Origin: Octopus bimaculoides
Lineage: Eukaryota
DNA: 64,000 nt
Reading direction: 5' to 3'
Assembly: GCF_001194135.2 (NCBI RefSeq)
Contig: NC_068982.1
Location: forward strand, 162,206,564-162,270,563
The translations under genes were made by a program, and so were the position numbers. The notes beneath the pieces were generated by a model. It searched no databases and was not told the origin of the DNA. It was given only the letters and a program-made list of their open reading frames with translations. Shown one piece after another: positions 1 to 14,297 of the stretch. Within the stretch, counting starts at the first letter, position 1. Every line of letters starts with the position of its first letter.

Positions 1-169
1 ATATATTTAAAACATCTGCATCTCATCTAAGTTAATTTTTTTTCGTTATCAATTGCTCTATAACTCATTCAGAAGTTCAGTTACTAAAAAGTTATCAGTG
101 TGTGTGTGTTTATTGATAACTCTTTTAATAACTGGAACTTCTGAATTAGTTATAGCACAACTGATTAGG

Positions 170-1015
170 AACAGAATTAGCCTAGATCAGATGCAAATTG
201 GCTTTCTGCCAGGAAGAGGTACTACTAATCCCCTATTCCTGAGGAGAGATTTGCAGAAGTACTTAACATTGAAAAAGCTGATGTACCTTACTATTTTTTT
301 AATATGGGGATGGCCTGTGATAGAGATGTATGTCTATAATTTTGTTGTTGGTAAGAAATCTAAGTATAGATGAATGGATTGTGTTGGTTATACAAACTTA
401 CTTCAAAGATATTATTAGCAAGGGTTCCACCAAAGCTCAGTCATCAGCAATAAGCATTAAGAACTCATAAGAAATTGATTCTCATAAATGTTTGGAAGGT
501 TCTCTTAAAGTAATTAAGAGCTTTTGTTACTTAGGTGACTTAATTAGCAGTAAAGACAGATGCTCCAAAAGTATGCTAACTAGAGTAAAAACTCACTAGA
601 AAAAGTTCACAAAGCTTTTACCTATAATAATGGAACATGGGTTTTTCATGCAAAGGATTTATGAATACTAGAAAGAAGTAAAGTGGGCTTGTGATGTTGT
701 GCTTGAACAATGGGTTACAAATGAGCTGAAAGAAAATTAGATATAAGAGGAATCAGATGTAGTGTGCAAGAGAGAAACCTGCACTAGTTCAGCCATGTGA
801 AATGAATGGAAGATTGTAGTATTATCATGTGCCAAATGCTCAAAGTGCTTGAAACCTATAGAACAGGGAATCTAGGTTGAAGTGGTGAAGACTGATCTTA
901 AGATATTGCACTTCTCAAAGTAGATGACAAGTAACCATGATGATCAGTGACATATGGTACTGGAGAAAATTCAACCATCTGTGCAGGCATGGCAAAATTT
1001 ATGTTAAAATGAGGG
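170..1015 (+). mobile_element. Decayed RTE-clade LINE fragment (RT to 3' end, internally deleted)
   Basis: QMQIGFLPGRGTTNPLF resembles the RTE QFGF.PGR.TTDAIF motif. Downstream SFCYLGDLISSKDRCSKS...KKFTKLLPI parallels the 44285 ORF. A degenerate family 3' tail lies at ~968-1015. Confidence 0.8.
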
Positions 1016-1559
1016 AAGGGATGGAGACTGGAATGTATAATGTATATCTACATATGAGCCTTTCACTCATTTTGAACTCTGCAATTCTCCATCTGCTGCC
1101 TTTCCTGCCTATTCTATATCCACTCAACTTTCTGTCACTCTTATTCACTGTATGATGTCACCCTTGGAATTAGGAATAATATAAAATCTATGCACACTCA
1201 ACCACCTTTACCATTATCTGTCTCTCAATTACTCCTACCCTCCTATCACAATGCATGAGTGATGATGTATAGGTTTTTGATACACCCTTTCTATTTACTC
1301 CTCACGTTCTGCTCAGGTCTTATTCTCTCAGGTCACCTCTTACTGATATCCATCACTCTTACTAGTTAACATGCAGTCACCATTACTATATCTCTCCCAT
1401 TACCACTGTCAATACTTTCTTTCCTCTTACTCCAATCACTTTTTCCCTCACCATCCTCTCACTTCTTTTTCTTTCATCCTCTACAATCATGCTCCCTTCT
1501 ATTCATTCTATTGCTCTTATCACTCTGAACAGAAACAACATTAAGCAGTGAAGACTCTT

Positions 1560-2560
1560 CTAGGAAACCTCAATAATGTTGTTAGAAGGCTCATTCAGAT
1601 TATTTTGGTTTTCAGCTGCTTCATTCTTGTTTGTGTCAATGGCTTTCTTAATCCCTTTTTTACACTCCATGGATGTTAAATGATTACTGAACACGCTTGC
1701 AAAATCATAGCCAATAGTCATTTGCACAGCACCTAGATGTTTTTTTATCCTTTGCTTCTTGCTGTTCTTAATGCTTGCAACAGTTACCAGGGTGGTGTAG
1801 TGTTTATGTTTATGTAGCACAGTGCACTTGGCCTCAATGACAACTGAGCTTACTTGAGGTCACTTCAAGTTCTGTATCTTATCCATTTCTCCCCAAAGTG
1901 CAGTACTTCTTGAATACAGATGTGTGGATATGTCCCAAAGTGAATTCCATTTCAGCTGAGCATTTCCTTGTGGGTTTGCAAACAGAGCATCTTCCAGTGA
2001 CTTAAGGAACTCTACTTTGTCTAGGTGTCTTGTCTTACTGGCATCAATATGCTGCTTGCCCAGAGGCTTGACGTAGTGTGCCTTCTTTGGCTGCAGTTTA
2101 ATCTTACAACAAATAACAGGGAAGTGAGGATAATTTGTGCTGAAAGGATTGAGTCATAATCTCATTTCTCAGGTGGTGGAGTTAGCTCATACCAGTATTT
2201 AGAGCAGAGATATCTCCAAGACATACTGTGCTAAGCTTCATTGTAAAAGTAGGTATTGGTGACACACAATCCCTGGATTGTGCATAACTGCTTTTGTCAA
2301 CTTGACTCCCACTCTGGCATTAAAATTGTGAAGCTAATCCTGGCTTCTGATCTCCTGTATTGTACTTCTAAGTTGATCAAGGAATCCATCCTTTGTATAA
2401 TGTGTAGAGTATAGGGTAGGGACATAGATACGAACAAGGATCATAGGTCCATCAAATGTCTTTTGTATATTGGTAATCTCTTGATATTTATCTGACAATC
2501 CAATTATCATAGTTTGTACATTCCAGCATCCTAGCCTCAGTGCTGACTTCATCCTTTACT
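1560..2560 (-). mobile_element. Decayed RTE (BovB-like) LINE fragment: APE endonuclease and linker
   Basis: LRLGCWNVQTM (APE domain I) and ILVRIYVPTL...KDGFLDQL, followed by VIEAKCT...GIKKAI, which matches RTE linker motifs as I recall them. Multiple frameshifts. Confidence 0.75.
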
Positions 2561-4104
2561 TTTTATTGTATTTTATGCAATAGTTACAAAACATGGTTCA
2601 AATTACTTGTATCCTTAAGCCCCCATGTACCTAATGAAACAAACAAACTGTGGTATGAAAGCACCTAACTGACCAGAGTCTGCCCAGCTTGAGATGAACT
2701 ATAACTATCAAGTGAGATACAATGGTCTCTCCATTCAACCTGAATGCTTCACCTTATACCAACTGAATACAGACTGATAACTAGTAAACCGCTGATTTCC
2801 ATGCTATGCCATCACAGTGAAGTGATGTGTCTTCTCTAGGATGCAGGCCTGAGTAAGGTTAGCAGAGAAGACTAGCAGTTGCTATGCAGCAGGTCTCCAC
2901 TCTCAATACCATTGATGCTGTCTTGGGAAAGGGCAACGACGTCAGTGCTCTTGCAAAAGTTATCAGTATGAAGTTGAAAACTCTGTTAAGCTTTTCCAAT
3001 AATTTGGTGTGGCCACAATACAGCAGAGGTTCAAAATCAGAGTTTGACTAAAATGCACTACCTTCCTGGCTGACAAGTTCCCTCTTACCTGAAGCACTTG
3101 TTTTACACCATCAATACCTGCAGGTAAACTTCCTACACTAAGAAGTGCTTCTCACATATTTATTTGTGTTGTTGCAGCAAATCTAAACTTAATTGAAGAC
3201 TAAAAACCATTTTTATTATCCCAACTACATTATTGGTTCTAATGAAAATAATTTGCTGCATTGCCCAAAATACATAAACTCTGATCATTGAAACCTGTAG
3301 CACAAAGTATGTTTAATAAATTCTTATTTAGTTTCTATATTTGCCCAGCCATATATTGGTTCAGTTGAAGAGCAGATATTATTTTCCTGTTAGAAAAATA
3401 CAATGTTAGTTTTAACACATACATCATACAAAGAGTCTATATTGCCTGTTCACTTTCTGTTTATTTCATCTAAGAATGACAGAATAAAGGAAAATCTTAA
3501 TATGGTTCATAGATTTTTATTGGTAATATGGTATTTGTTGAATTACAAAATATTGTTAGAGTATTGGACAAAATACCATTCTGTATTTAGTTACCGGTCT
3601 TTATGTTCTGTATTAATTCTGACAAAGTCAGTGTTACCTTTTGTCTTTTTGAGATCAATAAAATAAAGTATCTGTCAAGAGCTGGGGGTCAGTATAACTG
3701 AATATACCCCTTTGCCAAATTTGTGGCCTTGTACCAAAATCAGCACAATTTGTTGGTGAATGAAGTACTGATTTTTAAAAAAGAGAACAAACGGACAATG
3801 TATAGTATATGTTGTTTTCATATACATGTGTGTAGTGTGTACATAGTGTGTATATATGTATTATATTTCTTTACTTTATATGAATTGTGTACATATGGTG
3901 TATACATAGGATGTATTATATTTATATACTTATTGTGTACATGTGGTGAATGCACAGTTTGTTTATATGTATTATATATATATACACATATATATATATG
4001 TATATATTGTGTACATGTGTTGCAGGTATAGAATGTGGGATATATATAGACATTATATGCATGTAGACATAGATATGTCTACATGTATATATGTCTGTAT
4101 ACTA

Positions 4105-4138
<34 letters not shown>

Positions 4139-4251
4139 CACTCATATTAAATGTCTAAATACTTTATAGTATTAATATTTTGGACACTTTATACAAAGAG
4201 CACTCATTATAAATTCAGTGTATAATATTCTCACAGAATGTATTTAATTAA

Positions 4252-4349
<98 letters not shown>

Positions 4350-6249
4350 CATGTGTGTGTATGTATATGAAAAAAATATATATATAGTGTATAATCTGTT
4401 GGTACATGTATGCTATTATGCTATATTATTAACAGACACCTTTTTTATATAGTTGTTTGTCTTTCAACAGTCGATTATATGAAACCAATTCATTGTAAAC
4501 CAATATTGAATATACAACTTCTAGAATGAATTGATAAATGGGTGCCCACTTCCGGTCTGCATTCTTCACCAAGAAACTGAATTGCAATAACTCTCCTTAG
4601 TTATAGTCTGGTCATGTTTATGTATATGCCTGCATCATTGAGATACTTTGGCTAAAAATATATTAATGCATGTGTGTGTGTGTGTGTAAAATAAATAGTG
4701 AAGTAAACCAAACTAAGAATTTTATTGAAATATCCAGTCATGAGTTACTGTTTATCTCTCCCTTCCATCACAATTTCTTCTCTTGAGATAAAAGAACTGA
4801 AAGAAATGAGATCTTCCTAACTATGGGAATGGTTTATTCCAAACTGAATTAATATGCTGGTTGCTTCATGTAAATGAAAAAGACATGCTGAAAGTTCTCA
4901 AAGTACAATATTTACCTGTATCTGTCTACTGCAATAACTGATCTCTGAGAATGCTTATTTTTACTGGCTGTCAATCTATTATTGCCTAAGTACCAGTTTT
5001 TCATTATTATCATCATCGTCATCATCATCATTTTCATCATCTTCAGTGTCATTATCATCATCATACGTTTGTCAGCTGTGAAAACTAAATGAGATATGAT
5101 TAAATGTATAAGAAATATCTACAGTTTGTGTTGTCTTTTGCTTTCTTCATCTCATCTGAATGAGCAGATAGAGATAGAGAGAGAGGAGGTGGTTGAATGA
5201 GGAGATAGCTATATAGATGCTGTGTAAGGTACTTGAGATAGTTTTAGTCTAGATTGTTCTTCAATGGCCCCTAAGAACAATGTTATTATAATGAAATGTT
5301 CTTTTGTTAAGTGTTTCTATTTTTAGGTGGAATGCATATGTTAACACATGGCTATCTTCTGCTCACACACATGTGGGTATTATCTTGATGCAAACAACAT
5401 GTTAAACATGTAGCTATAGTCCAAACATACATGTGAATATCTTCTTGTGACAAAGAGCATTAGATTGGCATGTTGCTACTATCCATACACACACATATGG
5501 TTACCATCTGCGCATATACACCCATTTAGCTACATATGATCACCATCCACAAGTGTGTGCACACATACACACATGGTTATCATCCATAATCACACATGGT
5601 TATCAGCTCTTCAAACAAACACATGTGGCTACCATCCATATTCATACACATGGTCACTATCCACGCACACACACACACACACACACACACAGCTACTATT
5701 CATACATCTATTGTTACCTTCAATGCACATACACATGTAACTAAAAAAATGCCTAGAATTAATATTAAGAAATACTTCAGGGGATCTGTTTTGTTTATTG
5801 TTGTTGTTGCTTAGTTTCCAATTAATACTGACTGATCACACCTATAATCAATCAAAGACATCACATCTGTAACAATCCTCTCTTAGTAAGGGTATATCTA
5901 GGATGGCATTATCTAATTTTACCTTTTCTTAAATTAATATTAGGGTTTGAGAGATATTTGCCTGCTATTTCTAACAGGTTGAACACTAAGGGAATTTGTT
6001 CAATATGGTTCAATATGTTGAGTTTTTCCATATATCATCTTGCATAGGTCGACTTTCATTGAGGAAATGCATTCAAGCTGTGACCATCCTGTTTTTTTCC
6101 TCTGTGTAAGGAAGCAAGGACTGCATTGTCTAACGTGTCCTTTTCTAAGGCAGTAGGATGTGATTTGAGGGAGATTTAGCTGCTACCTTTAGTAAATTAG
6201 ATTACTTTAGGTGAGAAACAGTGGTAAAAAAAATGTAAAGTACTGTTTT

Positions 6250-6475
6250 GAGTCCTAAGAGCCATAGGGCAAGTTACCTGGATTCCATAGCATATAAGGG
6301 ATCACAACATTTGCCTTGAACAGGATACCGGTCGGTCACAAAGTTACTCATTTACAACTGAATGAAATGAGGTGCTTTGCTCAAGAGCGCAATCCACTGC
6401 CCAGTTTGGGTATTGAAACCATCATGATCTTATGCTCATGAGTGTAGCACCCTAACCACAAAGCCATGAATCTCC
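6250..6475 (-). mobile_element. tRNA-derived SINE (family with ttgagcaaagcac body)
   Basis: Minus strand has A-box-like tggctttgtgg and B-box-like ggtttcaatacc. Related copies at ~35680-35840 and ~55030-55197. Confidence 0.65.
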
Positions 6476-6579
6476 ACAAAAAAAAAACAGTGGTAACCAA
6501 AGACATTTGTGGAATAATAAATCTTAAAGACTTATCAAACAAGCTGTCATTATTGACCATGTTTTGAATCAGTAGGAGG

Positions 6580-7450
6580 TATGAGGGGGTGCAGTGTCAT
6601 GTATATTGTCTAAATTATGCAAAGATGAAAATAACACTGACATCTCATTTTAACAGATATATTTGCCAAAATTACATAAAAATATCTAGAAATACTAAAG
6701 AGTAAATTTATTCTATAAAATCACCATTGGCTTCAACCACGGCCTCCAGACGACTTCAGAATCTCCTGCAACTCTTCTGGATTGTCTCCTTGTTTAAGTT
6801 GGTGAATGCTGCCACAGTCCTTGCCTTCAGTTCATCTTACAAGGAGTTTTGTTGGTCTCTCGTTCAACTGTGCCCCACACATAATAATGGAGGGAGTTGC
6901 AGTCTGGGGAGTTAGGTGGCCAGATGTTAGAGGTGATGTGTTTGCAGAAATTGTCTGACAACCACGACTGGGTTCTCCTGCTTGTGTGGCATGGTGCAGA
7001 GTCCTGTTGCCAGACATAGGGTCTTCCAGCAGCCACTGTCTTGACCCAGAGTAGCAGTACTTCCTCCAGGCACTTGGTGTAGGCCTCGATGTTGAGTCTG
7101 AGGCCGTGTGGGAAGATGAATGGAGGCATAACGTCACTATCACTTGTGATCACTCCAAACACCATAATGATGATGACTGAATGTTTGATTTTTATCACTC
7201 TCGGTACATGTTTGGGGACATGGCAAGCCAACAGTTGTTCATATTGGAGCTTCCGGTGTGAATGCCAAGCAGTACAGGATGTCGTTTCCAAATTTCTGGC
7301 AGAGCGAATTGCGCCATGGTGCTGCTTTTCTCATAGACAACACCCAACTGACCTTACTATACTGTATAGTTGACAAAATCAAAAACAAACAATATGCATG
7401 CACAAAATTATAAATATAAAATGGTGACAATTTACCCATTGCACCCTGTA
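6580..7450 (-). mobile_element. Tc1/mariner maT (DD37D) transposon, internally deleted and non-autonomous
   Basis: Transposase remnant 7317->6708: IMVFGVITSD..MPPFIFP..., WQQDSAPCH, WPPNSPDCN, ...RLEAVVEANGDFIE*. There are 37 residues between the second Asp and the third catalytic position. The terminus TACAGGGTGCAATGGGTAAATTGTC is at 7450, with a degenerate counterpart at ~6583-6610. Confidence 0.9.
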
Positions 7451-8779
7451 TACTTTATGGGTTAAGGCTACCATTAGTTTCATGCTAAGAAATCCCTTAA
7501 CAATTATCAAATCTGCCACATGGAACATCAGTGTTCATCTTAATCTTGGATTAAAATGAATGAAACCAATGGGAGCCTTAACCCATAAGTAAAGATTTTT
7601 TATCCACTAATGTGATGTTGAGCTCTCATCTCATTGTTAAATTTTAACATATAAACAGGCTTCTACATAGTTTCCATCTTCCAAATTCATTGACAAGGCA
7701 TAAGTTTGCTCAAGGTTATAATAGATGTCCAAAGTTCAGTGGGACTGAAACCAAAACCATATGGTTGCAAAGTGAGTTTCTTAACCACACAGCCATACTT
7801 TACCTAATAGTGTTGCTAATAGCTTACTCTGCTGGTTAGTTGTTTCTTGACATATTCAATCATCTTACTCATAGCTAGTTAAATTGGTTACTAACAGGTT
7901 AGCATCTGCAATAGTATTTCTAGTTGCTAGCAAATTGGTTGCTTATAATTTGACATGTAATGTTGTTAGTGAATAATGTTAATGGTTATGTTTAACTAGT
8001 TATATTGGTTGAGATTAACTAGTAAAATTAGTTGCAATTAGCTAATTTTATTGGTTTTTCAGTAGCTAGTGTTATTGATTTCTAACATTTTGAATTATTT
8101 AATGGTATTGAATGAATAAATATCCTGTCTCCATTGCTATTGGCTCAGGGGGCCTCAGGCTCATCCAGCATTCCTCATCTCATACTGCAGTCATATGTTG
8201 CAGCTAAATTCTCTTCTACAGCCCTTCCTGTTCAGTCCTTGATATCATGACTTCATCTCTGACTTTGTGCCTACCAGTTTATTTTTTTTGTCTACCCAAC
8301 CCCCAAGGATACAACCATAGAGATCCCGAGCTGTGATAATATGGCCAGAACACTCAATAATATTACTGATTACTAACACACTATAAATACTTACAATTCT
8401 TTTGCTGCAGTAGTTAGGCTGTATGGTATTTTTATATAACAATTAATATGGAGCCCCACATTTCCCCAGCTCTTCTCTCTCTTGTAATTTATATCACGAA
8501 AATAACACTTGGTGTTATAAATAATCCTCATCACTGATTTAGCCTGTTCTTGTCACTCTTGGTTTCACTTAGATCCATCTTACTGATTAGAGCCCTTACC
8601 CTTCGTGATCAGGGTAGTCTTGAGTCTGTGTAGTACCTAGATTGGTGATCTTCCTATCTGAGGCTCTATCACACATTTGTCTACTGTATATATCTTTTCT
8701 CTTTCTTTCATTTGATTTCTTTGTAACCTTCAAGGCAAACATTTTGTAACTTGTCATGCTGTTATTATTATTATTGCAA

Positions 8780-8994
8780 AGAGTGGTAGGCTGGCAGAAT
8801 TGCTAGAGCATCAGAGAAACTACATAGCTATGGTTCTTTGCATTTTGAGTTCAAATCCCACAGTGGTCAACTTTATTTTTCATACTCTTGAGGGTTGATA
8901 AAATAAAATAAAATATCAGGGGCAATACTATTAGCTAAACCCCACCTCTAAAAATTACTAACCTTGTACCTTGATCGGAAATCATTATCACTAC

Positions 8995-9026
<32 letters not shown>

Positions 9027-9250
9027 GCAGTGGATTGTTAGAATTATTACAGTATCAGAAAAAATGCCTTGTGGTATTCATTCTGGCTCTTTGCATTTTG
9101 ATTTCAAATCTGCATTGTTTTTCGTCCCTCCAGGATTGATGAAATAAACTTTCCTTCAAGTTTTGGGGTTAATTGTATCAAGTAACCTCCTCTCCAAAAT
9201 TCCATGTCTTGCACCTATGTTAGATATTTTTTTTATTCCCTTATTGTCTT
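8780..9250 (+). mobile_element. Two degenerate head-to-tail SINE copies (ctggcagaat / gagttcaaat family)
   Basis: Same head, B-box-like gagttcaaatcc and (ATT)n tail as the 53590-54297 copies. Confidence 0.7.
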
Positions 9251-12200
9251 GAGACTCTTGATAGAGAAGGAAATGAAATAATGTTACATAACAACCTAGA
9301 GTTTTTGTTGCCACATATGTGTTTGTTTTGAAGGCAGAGTAGTGATAACAAGACAGGAGATAATGAAATGAAAAATGAGACAAGATGTGAGATAAAAATA
9401 GCCATAAGCTGTACAGAGACAAAATAAAAAAACAATAAGAAAAGAACTTAGCACTTTAGAATTCTTTATACTTTTATAACCATATTTCCTTTATTTCATT
9501 TACTGGAAAGACAGTTGGCATCTTACATATGCAATATCTTCCTTTGTATTCAGCAGACACAAGAAAAGCAACAAAATATTGTATGAGAGTTCTAAATTAA
9601 GTTAAAGGAAAGCTTGTTATTGTGATAAATGTGATACAAGCTTGTTCTAAGTCTCAGTCTTTAGTTTAGTGATCATGCTCATAAAAATTGTCAATAACTT
9701 TTTTTTTTAGTCTCCCCTGCCCCTCATGTTTTTATTTTAAAGCATGAGATGTAAATCTATTCATGAGGTCAAGTCGGATGGGGGTGAGGTTGATGTACTT
9801 CTAGATATTCAATCATTAAGAAAATGACAGGATGGTCATAACTAGAATGCCTTTGATCATAGGTTTGTTAGTCATGCTTTACCTGAAACAAATCAATTAC
9901 AATGTCTTGGTTTATTTACTTTTTCTCTAAACTTTATTAACTTTACTTCCAGTAAAATTCTTTTATATATTTTTGATAAGCAATTTTTGTACCAGAGTTT
10001 TAACTAGTATGTATTAGTATCATAGTTTAATTAACATGCTTTAGTACCTTAGTTTTAAGTAGCTAGGTCTAGTACCCTAGTTTAGTAAGCATGTTTTAGC
10101 ATCATAGCTTTAGGTAGTATGCTTTAGTACCACATTATTAACAAATACACTTTAGTATCATAATTTTATATAGTATGTTTTAATATATTTTTAACTAATT
10201 TGTTTTAGTAAATAGTTTATCTAGTATGTTTTAATACTTAGTTTTTAGTACTAGCATATTTTAGTCCTATAGTTTTTAAGACAGTAGTGTGTGATAGGAG
10301 GAAGATCTGGTTGGTCAAGTTTCTACTCAGAGGTTATTTCATTGTTCCTTTGTCCCATTATTGTATGTGAGGTTAGTGAAGAAAGGCTGTCATGTTGATT
10401 TGTTTTAGCTGTTGTGGAATAAAACCATGATTTAATACATGAAATATAATGGAAGATTATACAGAGAAATATAATGGAAGATTTCAATACTTAATAGCTT
10501 GCTTTATGTTAGTTTTTATATGCTGGTATAGGTTGGACAGATACTTATATGAGGCAATATTTTACTGCTGGATGTTCTACCTCTTGCCAACCCCCACCTA
10601 TTCTTTGAAATGGGGAGAGTTGTTGTTGTTTTTTTAGTCCACTAAATTTCAAGACTTCAGAGCTGCAGAAATATGAGTATGATGATGCCATTTGTGGTTC
10701 AGATGGTCTCATGCAAAGAAGTAGAAATGATAACATCCCGCATACTTGGCAGGATTCCATACAGTTTCCATCCATAAATTCTACACAAAGGCATCAGTTG
10801 ACCCAAGGCTTATAGTAGAAGACACTTGCACAGTCAGACTGAACCTGAGACTATGTGGTTGCAAAACAAGCTTTTAACCATATGGCAGCACCTTGTAGTG
10901 TTACAAAATAAAATTAAAATATATATAACAGTTTGTGCTTTTTTCATAGTTTTCATGACTGCTATGATGTAGTTGTTTATCAAACAAAACAAAATGAGAA
11001 CTTATGGAAATAATGTCAGATGTTTGGGAACTAAAAATATATACTACTATTATCATTAGCTGATGGGAAACATTTAGGCTGCAGGCTGACTAAAATAATT
11101 GTTATCATTGGTTGATTGATAAATGTCTAGACTAGAAGCTGTTAGTAACAGCTGTTACCATTGGTTGGTGGCAAATATCTAGGCTGCCAGAAACAGCTGT
11201 TGCCATTGTTTAAATTGTTTAATTACCAATGTAATTGTTTCACTTCCAACATTATCTCAAATCAAGTCACTTTCCAAATGAGGAAAATTCTGAAATATTT
11301 GGTAGAAATGATAAGATATTTTGTACAGGTGAGATAGCAGGTATTGTATAAGTGTTGTACAGGTGATGTAGCAGGTATTATGTAGTTGTTGTGTTGGTGA
11401 GATATTGTATGTACAGGTAAAGTATCATATTTTGTATAGGTGTTGTTCAGGTGAAATATGTTGCTTAGAAGTTGTACAAGCGAGATAGGCTATGGTGTAT
11501 GTTAGTGTATGTATGTATGTATGTATGTATAATAGATATTGCATGACTGAAATGGTAAAACAGATGTTGCACAAATGTGCCACCAATGTGGAAGCTGCGC
11601 TGATTGCTCTTCTGCAGGTGTTCACTTTTTCTGATGTTAATTACATATGATGGAGAGGGGCATGGTGAATTTTGATTATAAACTCAAATGTATAGAACAC
11701 AATAACAGAATATTTTGATTCTGTCCTTGCATCATCCCCAAGTGTGTAGAACATACTCAAGGACAATGTTTCAATTCTGGTCTTGTGTTGCCCTCAAATG
11801 TATAGAATACATGTAACAACAATTTTGTAAAGTGAGAAGGGCACATTAGGAAATGTAGTCCTAGGTACACAATATTTGATAAGAAACTAGAACATTTGTA
11901 GCAGCTATAAATTGTTATCCTGTGTTGGAATTGACAATTATATTACAGTAACTGATATAATATCTAAGTAAAACATACAAGTAACTGAGTTAATTTCCAA
12001 TGTGTCTGTATGTATAAATGTCCATATATATTTATGTATTCAGGTCTTTAAGTGAATCCATGTTACTACATGCTAGAACATGAAAAAAAGAACTTGATAC
12101 AAAGTATAGTGTGATATAAAATTTTAAAAGTTGAATCTTCATTAACATATGTCCAAATTTCAGCTTATCAAGCAGTAGTTATTTAATCAAATCACTACTA

Positions 12201-13640
12201 CCTGAGGAAGCAAGAGACGAAACTCAAACTTATAAAATTTCAGCTTCTATTCAATTATATATTATTCTTTTTTTTTCTTTTCTCTCTTATACTTTTTTGT
12301 ATTGAGCACTTTAGCATCTCACAATGAACATGCCGTTTCTGTCTACCCCACATTTTCAAAAAAAAACAAAACAATTAACAAAGAGATATCCAAATTAAAC
12401 TAGCCCCAAATTTTCTCCATGCAAAATGCCATGAAACTGAAGCAATGATGTAAGCCATATGTATTAAACATATTACAGAAAGGAAGACTAAGATTATACA
12501 AATATCCTTTCTAGGGATAGAAACGTTCTTGTGAGATGGATAAAGATGATCTTAAATTACTAAAATGAAGAAATAACTTAATATTCCTTGTGAAAATTGA
12601 GAATAAAAGAAAATTTTTCTACCAAAAGGAAATAGTACCAAGGGAGCAATGGGCCATAGAAACCTTAAAGAAACCAACCCTAAAGTCTTGAGGCAGTTTC
12701 AAAAGAACAGTTTCAGTGCATTATAAAATAGGACCATTCTCTGAATGAAGTTGTATATTTGATGTAGATCCTCATATGGCAAAGGAAATAATGAACGAAC
12801 AAGTCAGCAGTGTTTTCACAACATTGCTGGTACATATACTAATAGATGACTTAGACAAGCTTTTCAAAATTGCAACTCAGCATAAGGAGTTAGTACTCAT
12901 CAATTACATTAATATAATATCCATTTAGATAAACTGTACCTTTGTTCAGGAATAGTGTCTGATAGTTTCTCAACAGTTCTTTTAAACCCATGCAGAAAGA
13001 CCCTAACCAAACAACTTCATAATTCTTTTTTGAAAACTTCATTGGAAGTCATATGCAAGCCAGTTGGGCCATCACTTCATAAAGATGTTCTTCTTTGGTA
13101 CCATTCATCATATTACTGAATCCTATTTGTCCTATCATATGGAAAAAAGCAGACCAGGTGCTAAGAAGTATAGTCCTTATCTCCCAGAGAGAGAGAGAAA
13201 GAAAGAACTATAATCAGTAAGCTGATGCAGTAAATTATTAGAGAAAATCTGCTTACATTAGAAGAAAATTACTAGCTAAGTGACTTGCTATCAAAGTTTT
13301 TATCCAGGTAGAATCTACTGCCACAACTGGTTATTGAAACATCTAACCAATCAGCAGCAAATATGCTATAGTGGCCTTTGGGATAATGTATCACAAGGTC
13401 CATGATCAAAATATAACTGGAAAATTATGAGTGTTCTTGTATTTCTCTTTACAGAACAAAAGTCAAATTGTGATCAAAGATACCCTTTAAATAACTGTAA
13501 CAATTTTCATCAGTATGCCTCAGGAAGCTGTCTTAGAACAATTACTGTTTGTAATAGGTCTCAGACACTTATTAGAATACCCCACCTTATATCAATATAG
13601 TTATATTGATGTATATATGTCATTGTATGTATGTTATTAT

Positions 13641-13689
<49 letters not shown>

Positions 13690-14297
13690 TGTGTATTTGT
13701 GTGCTTTCAAGTTGAATGTTCTGTATATTTTTTGTCTTTGTATGTTCAAGGTTCTGTTTTTGTCGAATTTTTTAGTTGTGTAGCATATGTACATATATGG
13801 TGTGTGTATACATTTATATATGTACTTGTACGTATATATTTATGGTTTTATGTATGTATATATTGGTCTGTATACATATATATATATATATATATATTTG
13901 CATGTATGCACATATATGCTTGCATGTTTGTATCTGTGTATGTATCTCTGCATGTGTACGTATGTTGATGATGATTATCCACCAGGTTTAACTTCTGTGA
14001 ACCTATATGTGGCTATGTAGACTAATGTGTGATCCACAAGTCTGGTTTCAGACCAAACATTTGTCTTTTTTTTTTATGGAAGAATAGATGTTGTATTCAT
14101 CACTTCAAACTGTCTTTTACTCTCGTTTATCGTTGAGATATTTGATCCATGTTGTGTCATAATATTGAGCCCCAGCATAGATGAGTCCTTTTCACTTTTG
14201 ATGGTTATTCACCAACAATTCACACTTATACATACTGATGCTACACTTTTCCTTGAAATTTCCTTCTAGTACATCTTTACATGTGTGTGTGTGTATT

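Noticed and set aside
3723-4137. YI/CV/HT-rich ORFs here and at 5553-5814, 13515-14020, 40132-40472, 47994-48316, 50963-51266 and 63006-63272
   Set aside because: Translations of (TA)n, (TG)n or (CA)n microsatellites.
6727-7373. Plus-strand ORFs and the 6832-7143 minus ORF
   Set aside because: Antisense or alternate frames of the maT transposase remnant.
11562-11617. Possible small exon (cAG...CAG|GTG, MLHKCATNVEAALIALLQ)
   Set aside because: No polypyrimidine tract, weak donor and no similarity to Trio/Kalirin.
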